The notes below the pieces were generated by a model that ran no database searches, had not been told where the DNA came from, and saw nothing but the letters and a program-made list of their open reading frames with translations. 62,368 bases of DNA from Myxococcales bacterium. GTDB lineage: Bacteria > Myxococcota_A > UBA9042. The translations under genes were made by a program, and so were the position numbers. The stretch lies in contig JBBISH010000023.1 in the NCBI GenBank assembly GCA_037441385.1, positions 1-62,368 on the forward strand, in the 5' to 3' direction. Of the stretch, positions 51,687-61,055 are shown in pieces (positions within the stretch are counted from its first letter, which is position 1; every line of letters starts with the position of its first letter).

Positions 51687-52348
51687 CACGCCTCCACCGG
51701 CAGGATCCGCAAGTCGGCCGCGACCTGCAGCGGCGCCGCCGTCAGCGCCTGTACTTGCTCCACCGTGGTGTCGCTCGCGATCTCGCGCAGCAGCAGGCCG
51801 CTAGCCGTCACCTCGATCACCGCCAGATCGGTGACGATCTGGTTGACCACGGCCTTGCCGGTCAGCGGCAGCGTGCACTCGCTCAGGATCTTGGGCTCGC
51901 CGCCCTTTTCGGTGTGGGTCATCACGATGATGACGCGGCGGGCGCCCGCCACCAGATCCATCGCGCCGCCCATGCCTTTGACCATCTTGCCCGGCACCAT
52001 CCAGTTGGCCAGGTCGCCGTTTTGCGCCACCTGCAGCGCGCCCAGGACGGTCAAGTCCACGTGGCCACCGCGGATCATGGCGAACGACTCGTGCGAGCCA
52101 AAGTAGGCCGAGCCTGGGATCTCGGTGATCGTCTGCTTGCCGGCGTTGATCAGGTCGGCGTCTTCTTCGCCCTCGAACGGAAACGGGCCGATGCCGAGCA
52201 TGCCGTTCTCGCTCTGCAGCACCACGTCCATGCCGGCGGGGATGTAGTTGGCCACCAGCGTCGGGATGCCGATCCCCAGGTTGCAATAGAAACCGTCGCG
52301 CAGCTCTTCGGCGACGCGGGCCGCCATCTGATCGCGAGAAAGTGGCAT
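51686..52348 (-). CDS. scoB: 3-oxoacid CoA-transferase subunit B
   Basis: [13 protein letters not shown] and GMGGAMDL motifs. Confidence 0.93.
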   Translation of the reverse strand: MPLSRDQMAARVAEELRDGFYCNLGIGIPTLVANYIPAGMDVVLQSENGMLGIGPFPFEGEEDADLINAGKQTITEIPGSAYFGSHESFAMIRGGHVDLTVLGALQVAQNGDLANWMVPGKMVKGMGGAMDLVAGARRVIIVMTHTEKGGEPKILSECTLPLTGKAVVNQIVTDLAVIEVTASGLLLREIASDTTVEQVQALTAAPLQVAADLRILPVEA

Positions 52349-52379
52349 AGTATCCTCCTGTTCGATGTCCTGCCCTGGG

Positions 52380-53594
52380 TCAGGGCGCCGCGTCCTTGGC
52401 CTTGGAACCGTCCAACCCGGCGTACTTGCGCCAGGCGGCGAGGTCGGGACCCAGGCGCTGATTGGTCAAATTTTCAAGGGCATAGACAGCGTGGCTGACG
52501 ATGCCGTTGTCGGCGCTGCCCAGGTACGGCACCAGGTCGGGCACGACCGTGCGGTCGCCCAGCTTGGGAAGCGCCTGGAACAGTTCGATTTGCTCGTCGC
52601 GCGGGGCTACGGCCAGCCGCGCCACAAAGACACCGGCGGCGCCGAGCGGCTTGACCTGGGCCAAGGCGTCCAGCACGTAGACCCGCTCGTCGGGGTCGCT
52701 ATCGCCCGCTTTCACGGCCGCCATCAGCTTGGGCCCGGCTTCGGCGCCCATGCGCTCGGCCGCCATCCGCGCCGCCACGCCGCGCCGGCCGGGGGTGTCC
52801 AGCGCCACCAAAACAGCTGGAGCTGTCCACGGTTGCCAGTCGCCGCTCAACTCAGACATAGCCGCGTTTGCCACGTCGCGCGAGCTGTGGTCCGCGAGCA
52901 TGGCGGCGAAGACATGGGCCTGCCAAGCGCCCAACTGGGCCAGCGCCCGCAGGGCCTCTGCGCGGGTCGGTGGGTAGGTCGAGGGCGCCCCCACCAGGTC
53001 GAGCAGGGCCGGCACGGCCGTCTTGTCGCCCAAAGATCCCAGCGCGCGGGCCGCCTCGGCCTGCAGACGCCCCGGCGTGTCGGCGGTGAGCAGCTTCTGC
53101 AACGCCGGAGCAGAGGCCTTGTTGCGCAACAGGCCAAGGCCGGCCACGGCCAGCAGGCGAGCGCGCAGATCATTGGAATCCAACGCTTTTTCTAGGTCGG
53201 CGGCGGCGCGGGCGTCGCCCAGACGGGCCTGCGCCACCCGCACGTCGGTGCGTTCGGTCGAGTCCCCCAGGCTGACCGCCGCTTGCTGCAAGGCGTCCAG
53301 GTGGTCGCGCGCATCCAAACTGGCCAGGGCCTGGGCGAACTTGGCTTTGTGGGCCGGCGGGGTCGCTGGATCCGCCAGCACCTTGGCCAGCTCAGCGACC
53401 GCTCCGGTGCGCGACGCGGCCGCCATCTGCAGGGCGGGGCAGGCCGCGATGTCGATGCTGCGGCACTCGGCGATCTGCTCCGCGAGCGACGCGGTGGTGG
53501 CATGGGCCAACCCAATCATCGCCCACTGCGCGGCTGCGGCGGCGATCGCCCAACGCATGGCCGCGCTCTTCCTCGTGTTCGCCTGACTGCGCAT
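52380..53594 (-). CDS. Exported HEAT-repeat protein
   Basis: Repeated [10 protein letters not shown]...AVPAL units; start uncertain (53594 or 53558). Confidence 0.8.
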   Translation of the reverse strand: MRSQANTRKSAAMRWAIAAAAAQWAMIGLAHATTASLAEQIAECRSIDIAACPALQMAAASRTGAVAELAKVLADPATPPAHKAKFAQALASLDARDHLDALQQAAVSLGDSTERTDVRVAQARLGDARAAADLEKALDSNDLRARLLAVAGLGLLRNKASAPALQKLLTADTPGRLQAEAARALGSLGDKTAVPALLDLVGAPSTYPPTRAEALRALAQLGAWQAHVFAAMLADHSSRDVANAAMSELSGDWQPWTAPAVLVALDTPGRRGVAARMAAERMGAEAGPKLMAAVKAGDSDPDERVYVLDALAQVKPLGAAGVFVARLAVAPRDEQIELFQALPKLGDRTVVPDLVPYLGSADNGIVSHAVYALENLTNQRLGPDLAAWRKYAGLDGSKAKDAAP

Positions 53595-53706
53595 CGACGT
53601 GCTCCGACTCGGCTTGGCTGGGCAACTGTGCCTGCTCGCCCCACCGCGAACGTGGCAGGGCGCTCCAGCGCCAACACGGGAGTGTGCCACTCACCACCGG
53701 CCAAAT

Positions 53707-55224
53707 CTACTGCAGCCGCGTGACGCCGCCCAACCGGAACACTGCATGAATTTTCGGCTGGTTACCCTGCTCGTCCTGGGGTCCTATCGGCTGCAGAACG
53801 GTGATGACCCAGTGGCCGTCGTGGGTCCGGCCGATGCCCAAGAAGGGCGCGGGCAGGTCCGACATCTCGCCCTCGGCCGGGTGCCAGTGCGGCGACGGCG
53901 CCTCTGGCGTCTGCCCATCGGCCAATTCGGCGATCGCGCCCATGGCCTCGACCACTTCGCGCGGCAAATCCTCGCGCCAAGTCACCAGGGCATCTTCGTC
54001 CAGGCCGGAGCCCACGGCAAAGATCGACGACCACGGCACGCGCAGCGTCGTCAGCTCGCCCTGGTCGTTGGGCATCGTGACCTGCAGGTGGGTCGCGCTG
54101 GTCGTCGCCGGCTCGGCCCAATTCTCTAGGCCGGCGGCCAGGATCGCCACGGGCAGGCTGCGCCAACCTTCTGGCACGTCCCAGCCGGCGTTGCGCGTCG
54201 CGGCCAGCGCCATGACCGGTCCCTTGCGCACGTAGATTTTGAACGTATTTCGCTTTTGCACGCCTGGCGGCGGCGCGAACCGCAGCAATCGCGCCGGCGC
54301 GGCCGCTTGTTCCACTTGGGCCAAGGGCAGACCCGCCAGCTGTTGCACCCGCTTCCACAGGTCGCCTTGCTGGTTGCCGGCTTGCTCCAGGCCCTGCTTG
54401 AGCGGCTCGGGCAGATCTTGCGGCCAGAACCAGCCCTGACGCGTGCGCGGATTTTGCATCGCCCCGATCGCCGCCCACGGCACAAAGCCGCGCCCCACAT
54501 GGTCCGGCGGCTGATCGATGTGCAGCACCACGCCGTCGGCTTGCAGCGTGTAGTCCAGGCGCGGCGGTTGGCTGCCGATCGGAATCTGGATCACCGGCTG
54601 GCGCGGGAAACCTGGCAAGTCCAGCCCAGGATGGTCGCGGAGCAGCACCACGGCGGCATAGGGCGGTTGGCGCAGCAGGCGGTCAAAGGCCTCGCGTTTG
54701 TCCGCACACCAGGCCTCGCGGCCGCGATCGGGGAAAAGCTCTTGTTCCGACAGCTGGATCGACCACTCGACCTCGCGGCTTTCGCTCGCACTGCCGCCGA
54801 TGCCGGCATTTTGCAGGACCGCTTGCAGCCCCGCTTCGGCCTGGGCGTCCGTGCCAAAGCGCTGCGCATCGCAATGTTCAGGCCACAAGCGGATCAGCGG
54901 GCCCTGCCCCGGCTGCCCCAGGCGCTGCAGCGGGCCGACCTGGGCGACCACCGCGGCCCACGGCACGGTCGCCAGGTGCGTCTCCCCCACATGGTCCACC
55001 ACAGCCCACGGAAAAACGTCTGGATCAGCGCAGATGTTCGCCGCGTCCTCGGCATCCAGCAGCTCGACGCCCACGAGCACATCGGCCGGGAGCTCGGGCG
55101 GCCAGCCACTGCTCTGGGGGTGATGCGGATCGACCACCAGCAACACCGGGCCCAAGTTGGCCAGCTCGCGCGTCGCCACGCAGGCATTGGGGGCTTGGAC
55201 GGCGGCGGCAAAAGAGTCCCACAT
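53707..55224 (-). CDS. Protein with three tandem SspB-like repeats
   Basis: Three VPW(A/S)(A/S)(V/I) units: VPWAAV, VPWAAI, VPWSSI. Confidence 0.55.
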   Translation of the reverse strand: MWDSFAAAVQAPNACVATRELANLGPVLLVVDPHHPQSSGWPPELPADVLVGVELLDAEDAANICADPDVFPWAVVDHVGETHLATVPWAAVVAQVGPLQRLGQPGQGPLIRLWPEHCDAQRFGTDAQAEAGLQAVLQNAGIGGSASESREVEWSIQLSEQELFPDRGREAWCADKREAFDRLLRQPPYAAVVLLRDHPGLDLPGFPRQPVIQIPIGSQPPRLDYTLQADGVVLHIDQPPDHVGRGFVPWAAIGAMQNPRTRQGWFWPQDLPEPLKQGLEQAGNQQGDLWKRVQQLAGLPLAQVEQAAAPARLLRFAPPPGVQKRNTFKIYVRKGPVMALAATRNAGWDVPEGWRSLPVAILAAGLENWAEPATTSATHLQVTMPNDQGELTTLRVPWSSIFAVGSGLDEDALVTWREDLPREVVEAMGAIAELADGQTPEAPSPHWHPAEGEMSDLPAPFLGIGRTHDGHWVITVLQPIGPQDEQGNQPKIHAVFRLGGVTRLQ

Positions 55225-55244
55225 GGGCCGACTTCCTTGGGCCT

Positions 55245-56729
55245 CTAAGGCACGGTCGCGGCCGCCGCAGGCGCGTCGGGGCCGCCGAAACGGTAGCCAA
55301 CCGTCCAACTGACCAGATCAAAGCTGCTGTCAAAGGTGCCGGCGTTGGCGGGGATGGCGTGATTGCCGTCGCACCCGTCGGGGCAGGCGCTGAGCGGCCG
55401 CTGGATGTCGACCTTGCCGTAGTCTTCCGTGACTTTGCGGGTCATCTGGAACAAGTGGCTGTAGCCCACCGAGGCGATGAGGTTGCCGTGGCTATAGCGG
55501 GCGCCCACGCCCAGGCCGTACCGCTCAAAGCTGGGGAAGTCCAGATGCGAGTAGTTGAGCGGAGTTGCTGCCTGTTCCCAAAGCGCACCGGCCGACACTT
55601 GCAGGTCCTTGGCCACTTCGGCCGAGCCGCCCAGGCGCACGGACCACGTGTCGTTCCAGCGCTTGGGGATGGCCACCGTGGGCATCGGGGTGGCGGCGAA
55701 CAGGTTGATCGAGCCACTGGTCTTGACGGTGTAGTCGTTCATGACGCGCCAGCCTTCCCACACCGCGTCCAACTCGACGTCCCAGGCTGTCTTGCCGTCG
55801 GCCTTGGGCTGCAGGTAGCGCACCGCAAACGCGGCGGTGGGTGCTAGTTTCATGTCCAGTTCGGCGTGCGAGCCCGTGATCGACAATTCCTTTTCGCCAA
55901 ACTGAGCGCCCGCGCCCGCGCGATCGTTGGTCATGGTCACGTCGCCCGTCGCGTGGAAGCTGACCGGCACAACGCGGCCCGAGGCCGCGACCTCGATATT
56001 CTTGTGCGGCCGCCACCAACCACCCAGGATCGCCGAGAACGAGCCCCCCATGTCCTTTAGGCGAATCGTCGCGACCACGTCGTTGGGGCCGTAGTACGGG
56101 TTTTGCTGGGGACCGGTCGAGGCGTCGACCACCAAGCTCATGTCTGTCTTGGGCATCGTGGCCCACTGCAAGGTCGCGCCGATGCCGAAGTGATCTTCTT
56201 TGCCATACGCCGCCGAAGCGCTGAGGTAGGCCACCAGCGCGTCCAACTTGGTGAGCATGTAGCGCTGGCCGCCCTGGGTGTCGTATTCCTTGTAGCCGCT
56301 GGACGACGGGCCGTAGCCGCCCAAGGCAAAGACCCAGTCCTTCAGCCCAAAATCGTGGCTGGCCACCAGCATGGCGCCCAGCGGGAACAGGGCGCTTTGA
56401 TTGCTAGACGGCTGCAAGGCCTCGGCCGAGCTGGTACCGGCGATGGTGTCTTGGGCGATCGCCGATTTGCTGCGGGTAAACGTGCTGTTGTCCCACAGCA
56501 ACTGGTGCTGGTAGGTGAGCCGCAGACCCTTTTGCCGCGTCAGGGCGCCCGGGTTGTGGGCCAGGGCCGTGCCGTCGTCGACTGCAGCCGTCCACGCCAT
56601 GCCGCGCCCGATGCCGCCGGCGGAATTGCCAGGCACCTCGAAACCGGCTGAAAATGCTGGTGTAGCCAGCAGTTGACCGGCGACGACAAGGGCCGCCAGG
56701 CGGCGGGCGTTCAGAGCGACCTTGGGCAT
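55245..56729 (-). CDS. FadL/OmpP1-family outer-membrane transporter
   Basis: Signal peptide, AGF...GRGMA.TA..DD..ALAHNPGAL motif, C-terminal GYRF. Confidence 0.85.
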   Translation of the reverse strand: MPKVALNARRLAALVVAGQLLATPAFSAGFEVPGNSAGGIGRGMAWTAAVDDGTALAHNPGALTRQKGLRLTYQHQLLWDNSTFTRSKSAIAQDTIAGTSSAEALQPSSNQSALFPLGAMLVASHDFGLKDWVFALGGYGPSSSGYKEYDTQGGQRYMLTKLDALVAYLSASAAYGKEDHFGIGATLQWATMPKTDMSLVVDASTGPQQNPYYGPNDVVATIRLKDMGGSFSAILGGWWRPHKNIEVAASGRVVPVSFHATGDVTMTNDRAGAGAQFGEKELSITGSHAELDMKLAPTAAFAVRYLQPKADGKTAWDVELDAVWEGWRVMNDYTVKTSGSINLFAATPMPTVAIPKRWNDTWSVRLGGSAEVAKDLQVSAGALWEQAATPLNYSHLDFPSFERYGLGVGARYSHGNLIASVGYSHLFQMTRKVTEDYGKVDIQRPLSACPDGCDGNHAIPANAGTFDSSFDLVSWTVGYRFGGPDAPAAAATVP

Positions 56730-56898
56730 AGCGACCTCGCGGCGGGCAAAAGGGGGCCTGCCGACCATAGACGGCGGCGCGGATTCGCGCAAGACTGCAA
56801 GGAGCTGAACGGGTCGGGCCAGGGCTGGACACACCGGGCTGGACACACCGGGCTGGCGGGTTCTCAAGGCAGGCGGGTTCTCAAGGCTGGAGGGCGCA

Positions 56899-57879
56899 AT
56901 GGACAGGATTGGGCAGCGGGGGTTGGGTGTGGTGTTGGCCGCCTTGCTGGGTCTGCTGGCCTTGCCGGGCTGCAATACCCTGGCGGGCGTGCTCACGGGT
57001 GTGGATCAGCCCAACGACGTGGACGAAAGCAAGAACAAGTTGCCCAGCGCCGATGCGGCCAGTGGCGACAGCGTCAACCTGGCCGACGGCGCCAGCGCCA
57101 CCAACGACTGCGGCTGCCTGCAAAAAGGCATGGCGTTCCGCTTCAGCACGCTGCAGATCAAGTCGCTCGACGGCGGGCCGCACCTGGTGATCAACACGCT
57201 CAATTCGCTGTGGTCCGGTGACATCAAGAAGCAGGAGTTGAACTTCTACTTGGAGATCGTCGATGTCGCGGGCGACGAGTTCACCATGCGCATCGTCAAC
57301 GGCGCGCGCATCGCCAACTCGACCGATGTCTGCACCTTGCCGGTGACCGAGAGCACGGTGGTCATGCACCGCAACGGCTGCAAGATCAGCAACGCCCAGC
57401 TCACCGGCCTGAACGTGTACGCTGGCACGGTGGCCAATCCCAAGAACTGCACGACTGCGCTGGCGATCCCCAACTCGATCCCGGTGCGCAACGCCAAGTT
57501 CGAGGCCGAGATCGCCCCGCAATGCACCGGCATCGTCAACGGCTTGCTCGTCGAAGGCTCGATTGGCAAGGCGGCCCTGGACGCGACCTGCACGTGCATG
57601 ACCATCTCGCCCACCGCCAAGGCCGAAGACTGCGGCACCCTGGATCCGAACTTCAAGGGCTACCCCAGCAGCAAGAACAAGGATGGCCAGCCGCCCGAGT
57701 TCTGCACCGAATGCTGCAAGGGCTGTGCGCCGACCAAGTACACCAATCTCAAGGAGTTGCTGGTGTCGTTCGGCGCGCTGAAGTACTTGTGCAAGGACGA
57801 GGCGGGCGGGCCGGCGGTGTGTTTGTCGGCCACGTTCGAGGCTCCGCGCGTCGACGCCGCGCCGGCGCCGTGCCAGTGA
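56899..57879 (+). CDS. Cys-rich lipoprotein
   Basis: LPGC lipobox, many Cys, GGAGG RBS. Confidence 0.75.
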   Translation: MDRIGQRGLGVVLAALLGLLALPGCNTLAGVLTGVDQPNDVDESKNKLPSADAASGDSVNLADGASATNDCGCLQKGMAFRFSTLQIKSLDGGPHLVINTLNSLWSGDIKKQELNFYLEIVDVAGDEFTMRIVNGARIANSTDVCTLPVTESTVVMHRNGCKISNAQLTGLNVYAGTVANPKNCTTALAIPNSIPVRNAKFEAEIAPQCTGIVNGLLVEGSIGKAALDATCTCMTISPTAKAEDCGTLDPNFKGYPSSKNKDGQPPEFCTECCKGCAPTKYTNLKELLVSFGALKYLCKDEAGGPAVCLSATFEAPRVDAAPAPCQ

Positions 57880-57892
57880 GCTTGCCGGGCAA

Positions 57893-59347
57893 GTGACTCT
57901 ACCTACGGCAATTCTTGGCTGTATCCTGGCCGGTGGTCGCTCTAGCCGCTTTGGCCGCGACAAGGCGCGCGCGCTACTGCACGGTCGCCCGTTGCTCCTG
58001 CACGCCGCCGACGCGCTGCGACCGCTGTGTCCCTCGGTCGTGGCGGTGGCCGACCGGGCCGGCAAGTACGATGACCTGCAGGTCGAAGCGCTGGTGGACT
58101 TGCAGCCTGGGCGCGGTCCCCTGGCCGGGCTTGAGGCGGCGCTGCTGCAGGCGCAAAGCCGTTACGGTGCGGGGGCCTGGGTGCTGATGGCGCCGTGCGA
58201 CACCGTGGGCGTGCCGGCCGAGTGGCTGATGCGGCTGCGCGATGCCAGGCAACCCGATGACTTGGCTGTGGCTTTTCGCGATGCTTCTGCGCCGACCGAC
58301 GCCAAGGCCCAGGGCTGGGAGCCGCTGCCGCTGCTGGTGGCGGTGGCGGCGCTGCCGGCCGTGCAACAGGCACTGTCTCCTGGCCAAACGGCGGCTGGGC
58401 AAACGGCCTTGTGGCGGCTGCTGGAGGCCCTGCCGGCGCGCGCGCTGCCGCGGCCGCCGGAGTGGCGCGAGCGGGTGCGGCGCCTGGACCGCCCCGAAGA
58501 GCTGCAGGCCCTGCACGAGGCCGACCCCGTCCGCCAGGATCTGCCCGTCGCGCTGCAGCGGTGGTCGCCGCAGGGGGCGCAGCCGGCCGACGACTGGCTG
58601 GCCATCGAAGAACCGTTGGAAATTCGGGTGGAATATGGGCCGAACGGCCGCCGACGCAAGGCGACCCTTGGGGTGGTCCTGCGCACGCCGGGGCACGAAG
58701 TCGAGCTGGTCGCCGGGCTGCTGTGGGCCGAGGCGGCCGTTTTGCACAGCGACGATATTCTGGAAGTCGGCATGGTCATGGGGGAACTTGCGGTGGTGAC
58801 CGCGCGCCTGCGCCCAGGCCTGGCCTTTGACCCCAAGCGCTTGAGCCGCCACATGGTGACGAACGCTGCCTGTGGCGCCTGTGGCTCGCCGCTGCTGGAT
58901 GCAGGCTTGCCTAAGGATCGCGGGCAGTTGCATGGTCTGGGGCGCGCGATGCCCTGGTCGGTCTTGGCTGGCCTGCCGGCCCAACTGCGCAGCCTGCAGA
59001 CCACCTTTGACCGCACCGGCGGCCTGCACGCGGCCGGACTGTTCCGTGCCGACGGGGCGCCGCTGCTGGTGCGCGAAGACATCGGCCGGCACAACGCGCT
59101 GGACAAGCTGATCGGCCACCTGGTTTTGGAGCAGCAGCTGGACCCCGCGGCGGTGCTGGTGCTGTCGGGCCGCATCGGCTACGAGCTGGTGCAAAAAGCG
59201 GCGATGGCCGGGCTGCCGCTGCTGGTGGGGGTCGGCGCGCCCACCTCGCTGGCGGTGGACCTGGCCGATCGCGCCGGCATGACCCTGGTCGGCTTTGTCC
59301 GCGGCGGCTGCGGCAACGTCTACACCAGCCCGTGGCGGGTGGTGTGA
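57893..59347 (+). CDS. fdhD: MobA-FdhD fusion (Mo-cofactor guanylyltransferase + formate dehydrogenase accessory sulfurtransferase)
   Basis: ILAGGRSSRFGRDKA and GPLAGL; then EEPLEI, CGACG, TGGLHAA and REDIGRHNALDKLIG. Confidence 0.9.
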   Translation: MTLPTAILGCILAGGRSSRFGRDKARALLHGRPLLLHAADALRPLCPSVVAVADRAGKYDDLQVEALVDLQPGRGPLAGLEAALLQAQSRYGAGAWVLMAPCDTVGVPAEWLMRLRDARQPDDLAVAFRDASAPTDAKAQGWEPLPLLVAVAALPAVQQALSPGQTAAGQTALWRLLEALPARALPRPPEWRERVRRLDRPEELQALHEADPVRQDLPVALQRWSPQGAQPADDWLAIEEPLEIRVEYGPNGRRRKATLGVVLRTPGHEVELVAGLLWAEAAVLHSDDILEVGMVMGELAVVTARLRPGLAFDPKRLSRHMVTNAACGACGSPLLDAGLPKDRGQLHGLGRAMPWSVLAGLPAQLRSLQTTFDRTGGLHAAGLFRADGAPLLVREDIGRHNALDKLIGHLVLEQQLDPAAVLVLSGRIGYELVQKAAMAGLPLLVGVGAPTSLAVDLADRAGMTLVGFVRGGCGNVYTSPWRVV

Positions 59348-59376
59348 CACGAAGCACCCTTGTGTCTGATCCATGA
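59345..59376. repeat. 32-bp direct repeat, copy 2 (TGACACGAAGCACCCTTGTGTCTGATCCATGA)
   Basis: 30/32 identical to 3288-3319. Confidence 0.85.
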
Positions 59377-59486
59377 ATTAACTAGAGAATAGTTGGGCTG
59401 CCGGACACACTGGCCGCCAAACGTGACGCCCACCCGCCATCGCGCTACGCTTGCCCGCCCGGGGCCCGTGCCCCCAGGTTCTGCCC

Positions 59487-61040
59487 ATGCGCTGGTTCAC
59501 CCGCGGCGACCTCGACGGCTTCTTTGGCCTGGCCCTGGACAACCTGGTGCAGCTGCTCCTGATCGACGCGCTGTGCCGCTATGTGCTGGGGATGACTCCA
59601 GACTTGCTGTACGGCCGCGTGCTGCCCGGCGCCGCGATGTCTCTGCTGGTGGGCAACGCGTTCTACAGCTGGCAGGCCATGCAGCTGGCCAAGAAGACTG
59701 GGCGAACCGACGTGTGCGCGCTGCCCTACGGCATCAACACCGTGTCGCTGTTCGCCCACGTGTTCTTGATCATGCTCCCCGCCAAGCTGGCGGCCGAGGC
59801 GGCGGGCCATCCGGACCCGGTGCGGGTGGGCTGGCAGGCCGGTTTGGTGGCGACGCTGGCTTCGGGCGCCATCGAGCTGGTGGGCGCGGCCGTCGCTGAA
59901 AAGATTCGCAAATCCACGCCGCGCGCCGCGCTGTTGTCCACCCTGTCGGGCATTGCCCTGGGCTTCATCTCGCTCGGCTTCCTGTTTCGCACCTTTGCCC
60001 ACCCGATCGTGGGCCTGGCCACCTTGGGCGTGGTCCTGCTGACCTACTTTGGACGGGTGAAATTCAAGGGTTCGCTGCCGGGCGGTGCGGTCGCCATCGC
60101 CCTGGGCACGTTGCTGGCCTGGGCCACCGGCCTCGCACCCAACGGCCCCGCGCCCAGCACCGGCGGACTGCACTTGCCTGTCCCCGTAGTCGGCGACGTG
60201 ATCGACAGCCTGACCGGCGGCCACATGCTCACCTACCTGTCCGTGATCGTCCCCATGGGCTTGTTCAACGTGCTGGGCAGCCTGCAGAACATCGAATCCG
60301 CAGAGGCTGCCGGCGATTTGTACCCCACCGGGCCGTCGTTGGCCGTCAACGGCATCGGCTCGCTGGTCGCGGGCCTGTTCGGCTCGGCGTTCCCCACCAC
60401 CATCTACATCGGGCACCCCGGCTGGAAGGCGTTGGGCGCGCGCGCCGGCTACTCGGTGTTGAACGGCCTGTTCGCGACGATCGTCTGTCTTACCGGCACC
60501 TTGGGCCTGATCGCCTGGGCGGTGCCGATCGACGCCGGCATGGCCATCGTGCTGTGGATCGGCCTGGTGATTACCGCCCAGGCATTCCAGGCGGTGCCAC
60601 GCGAAGAAGCCCCGGCGGTGGTGGTCGGCATCCTGCCCGCTGTGGCGGCGTGGGGCGCGTTGTTGGCCAAAAACGGGATGCGCGCCGCGGGCTTGGGCGC
60701 TCCGGGCAAACCGTTCACCTCGGCGGTAGTGGCGGCCTTCGAGCGCAGCGACACCTGGATCACGGGCGCGTTCGCCTTGGAGCAGGGCTTCATCTTCTCG
60801 GCGATGTGCCTGGCGGCCTGCACCGTCGAGATCATCAAAAAGCGCTTCCGCCACGCCGGGCTCTGGTGTCTGGGCGCGGCCGCCGCCTCGGCCCTTGGGC
60901 TGTGCCACAGCTGGGCCTTTACCCCGGGCGACACTACGTTCGTGCTCACACCCGCTTGGCACCACGCGGCCGGCTACACCGCCATGGCTTTGCTGCTGTT
61001 CTTGGCGCCGTGGCTGACTGAAGACAGCGCCGGGCACTGA
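59487..61040 (+). CDS. NCS2/AzgA-type nucleobase permease
   Basis: GDLDGFFGL, ALPYGIN, QNIESAEAAGD and YIGHPGWK motifs; many TM helices. Confidence 0.88.
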   Translation: MRWFTRGDLDGFFGLALDNLVQLLLIDALCRYVLGMTPDLLYGRVLPGAAMSLLVGNAFYSWQAMQLAKKTGRTDVCALPYGINTVSLFAHVFLIMLPAKLAAEAAGHPDPVRVGWQAGLVATLASGAIELVGAAVAEKIRKSTPRAALLSTLSGIALGFISLGFLFRTFAHPIVGLATLGVVLLTYFGRVKFKGSLPGGAVAIALGTLLAWATGLAPNGPAPSTGGLHLPVPVVGDVIDSLTGGHMLTYLSVIVPMGLFNVLGSLQNIESAEAAGDLYPTGPSLAVNGIGSLVAGLFGSAFPTTIYIGHPGWKALGARAGYSVLNGLFATIVCLTGTLGLIAWAVPIDAGMAIVLWIGLVITAQAFQAVPREEAPAVVVGILPAVAAWGALLAKNGMRAAGLGAPGKPFTSAVVAAFERSDTWITGAFALEQGFIFSAMCLAACTVEIIKKRFRHAGLWCLGAAAASALGLCHSWAFTPGDTTFVLTPAWHHAAGYTAMALLLFLAPWLTEDSAGH

Positions 61041-61055
61041 GGCAGGCGCCGTCTG

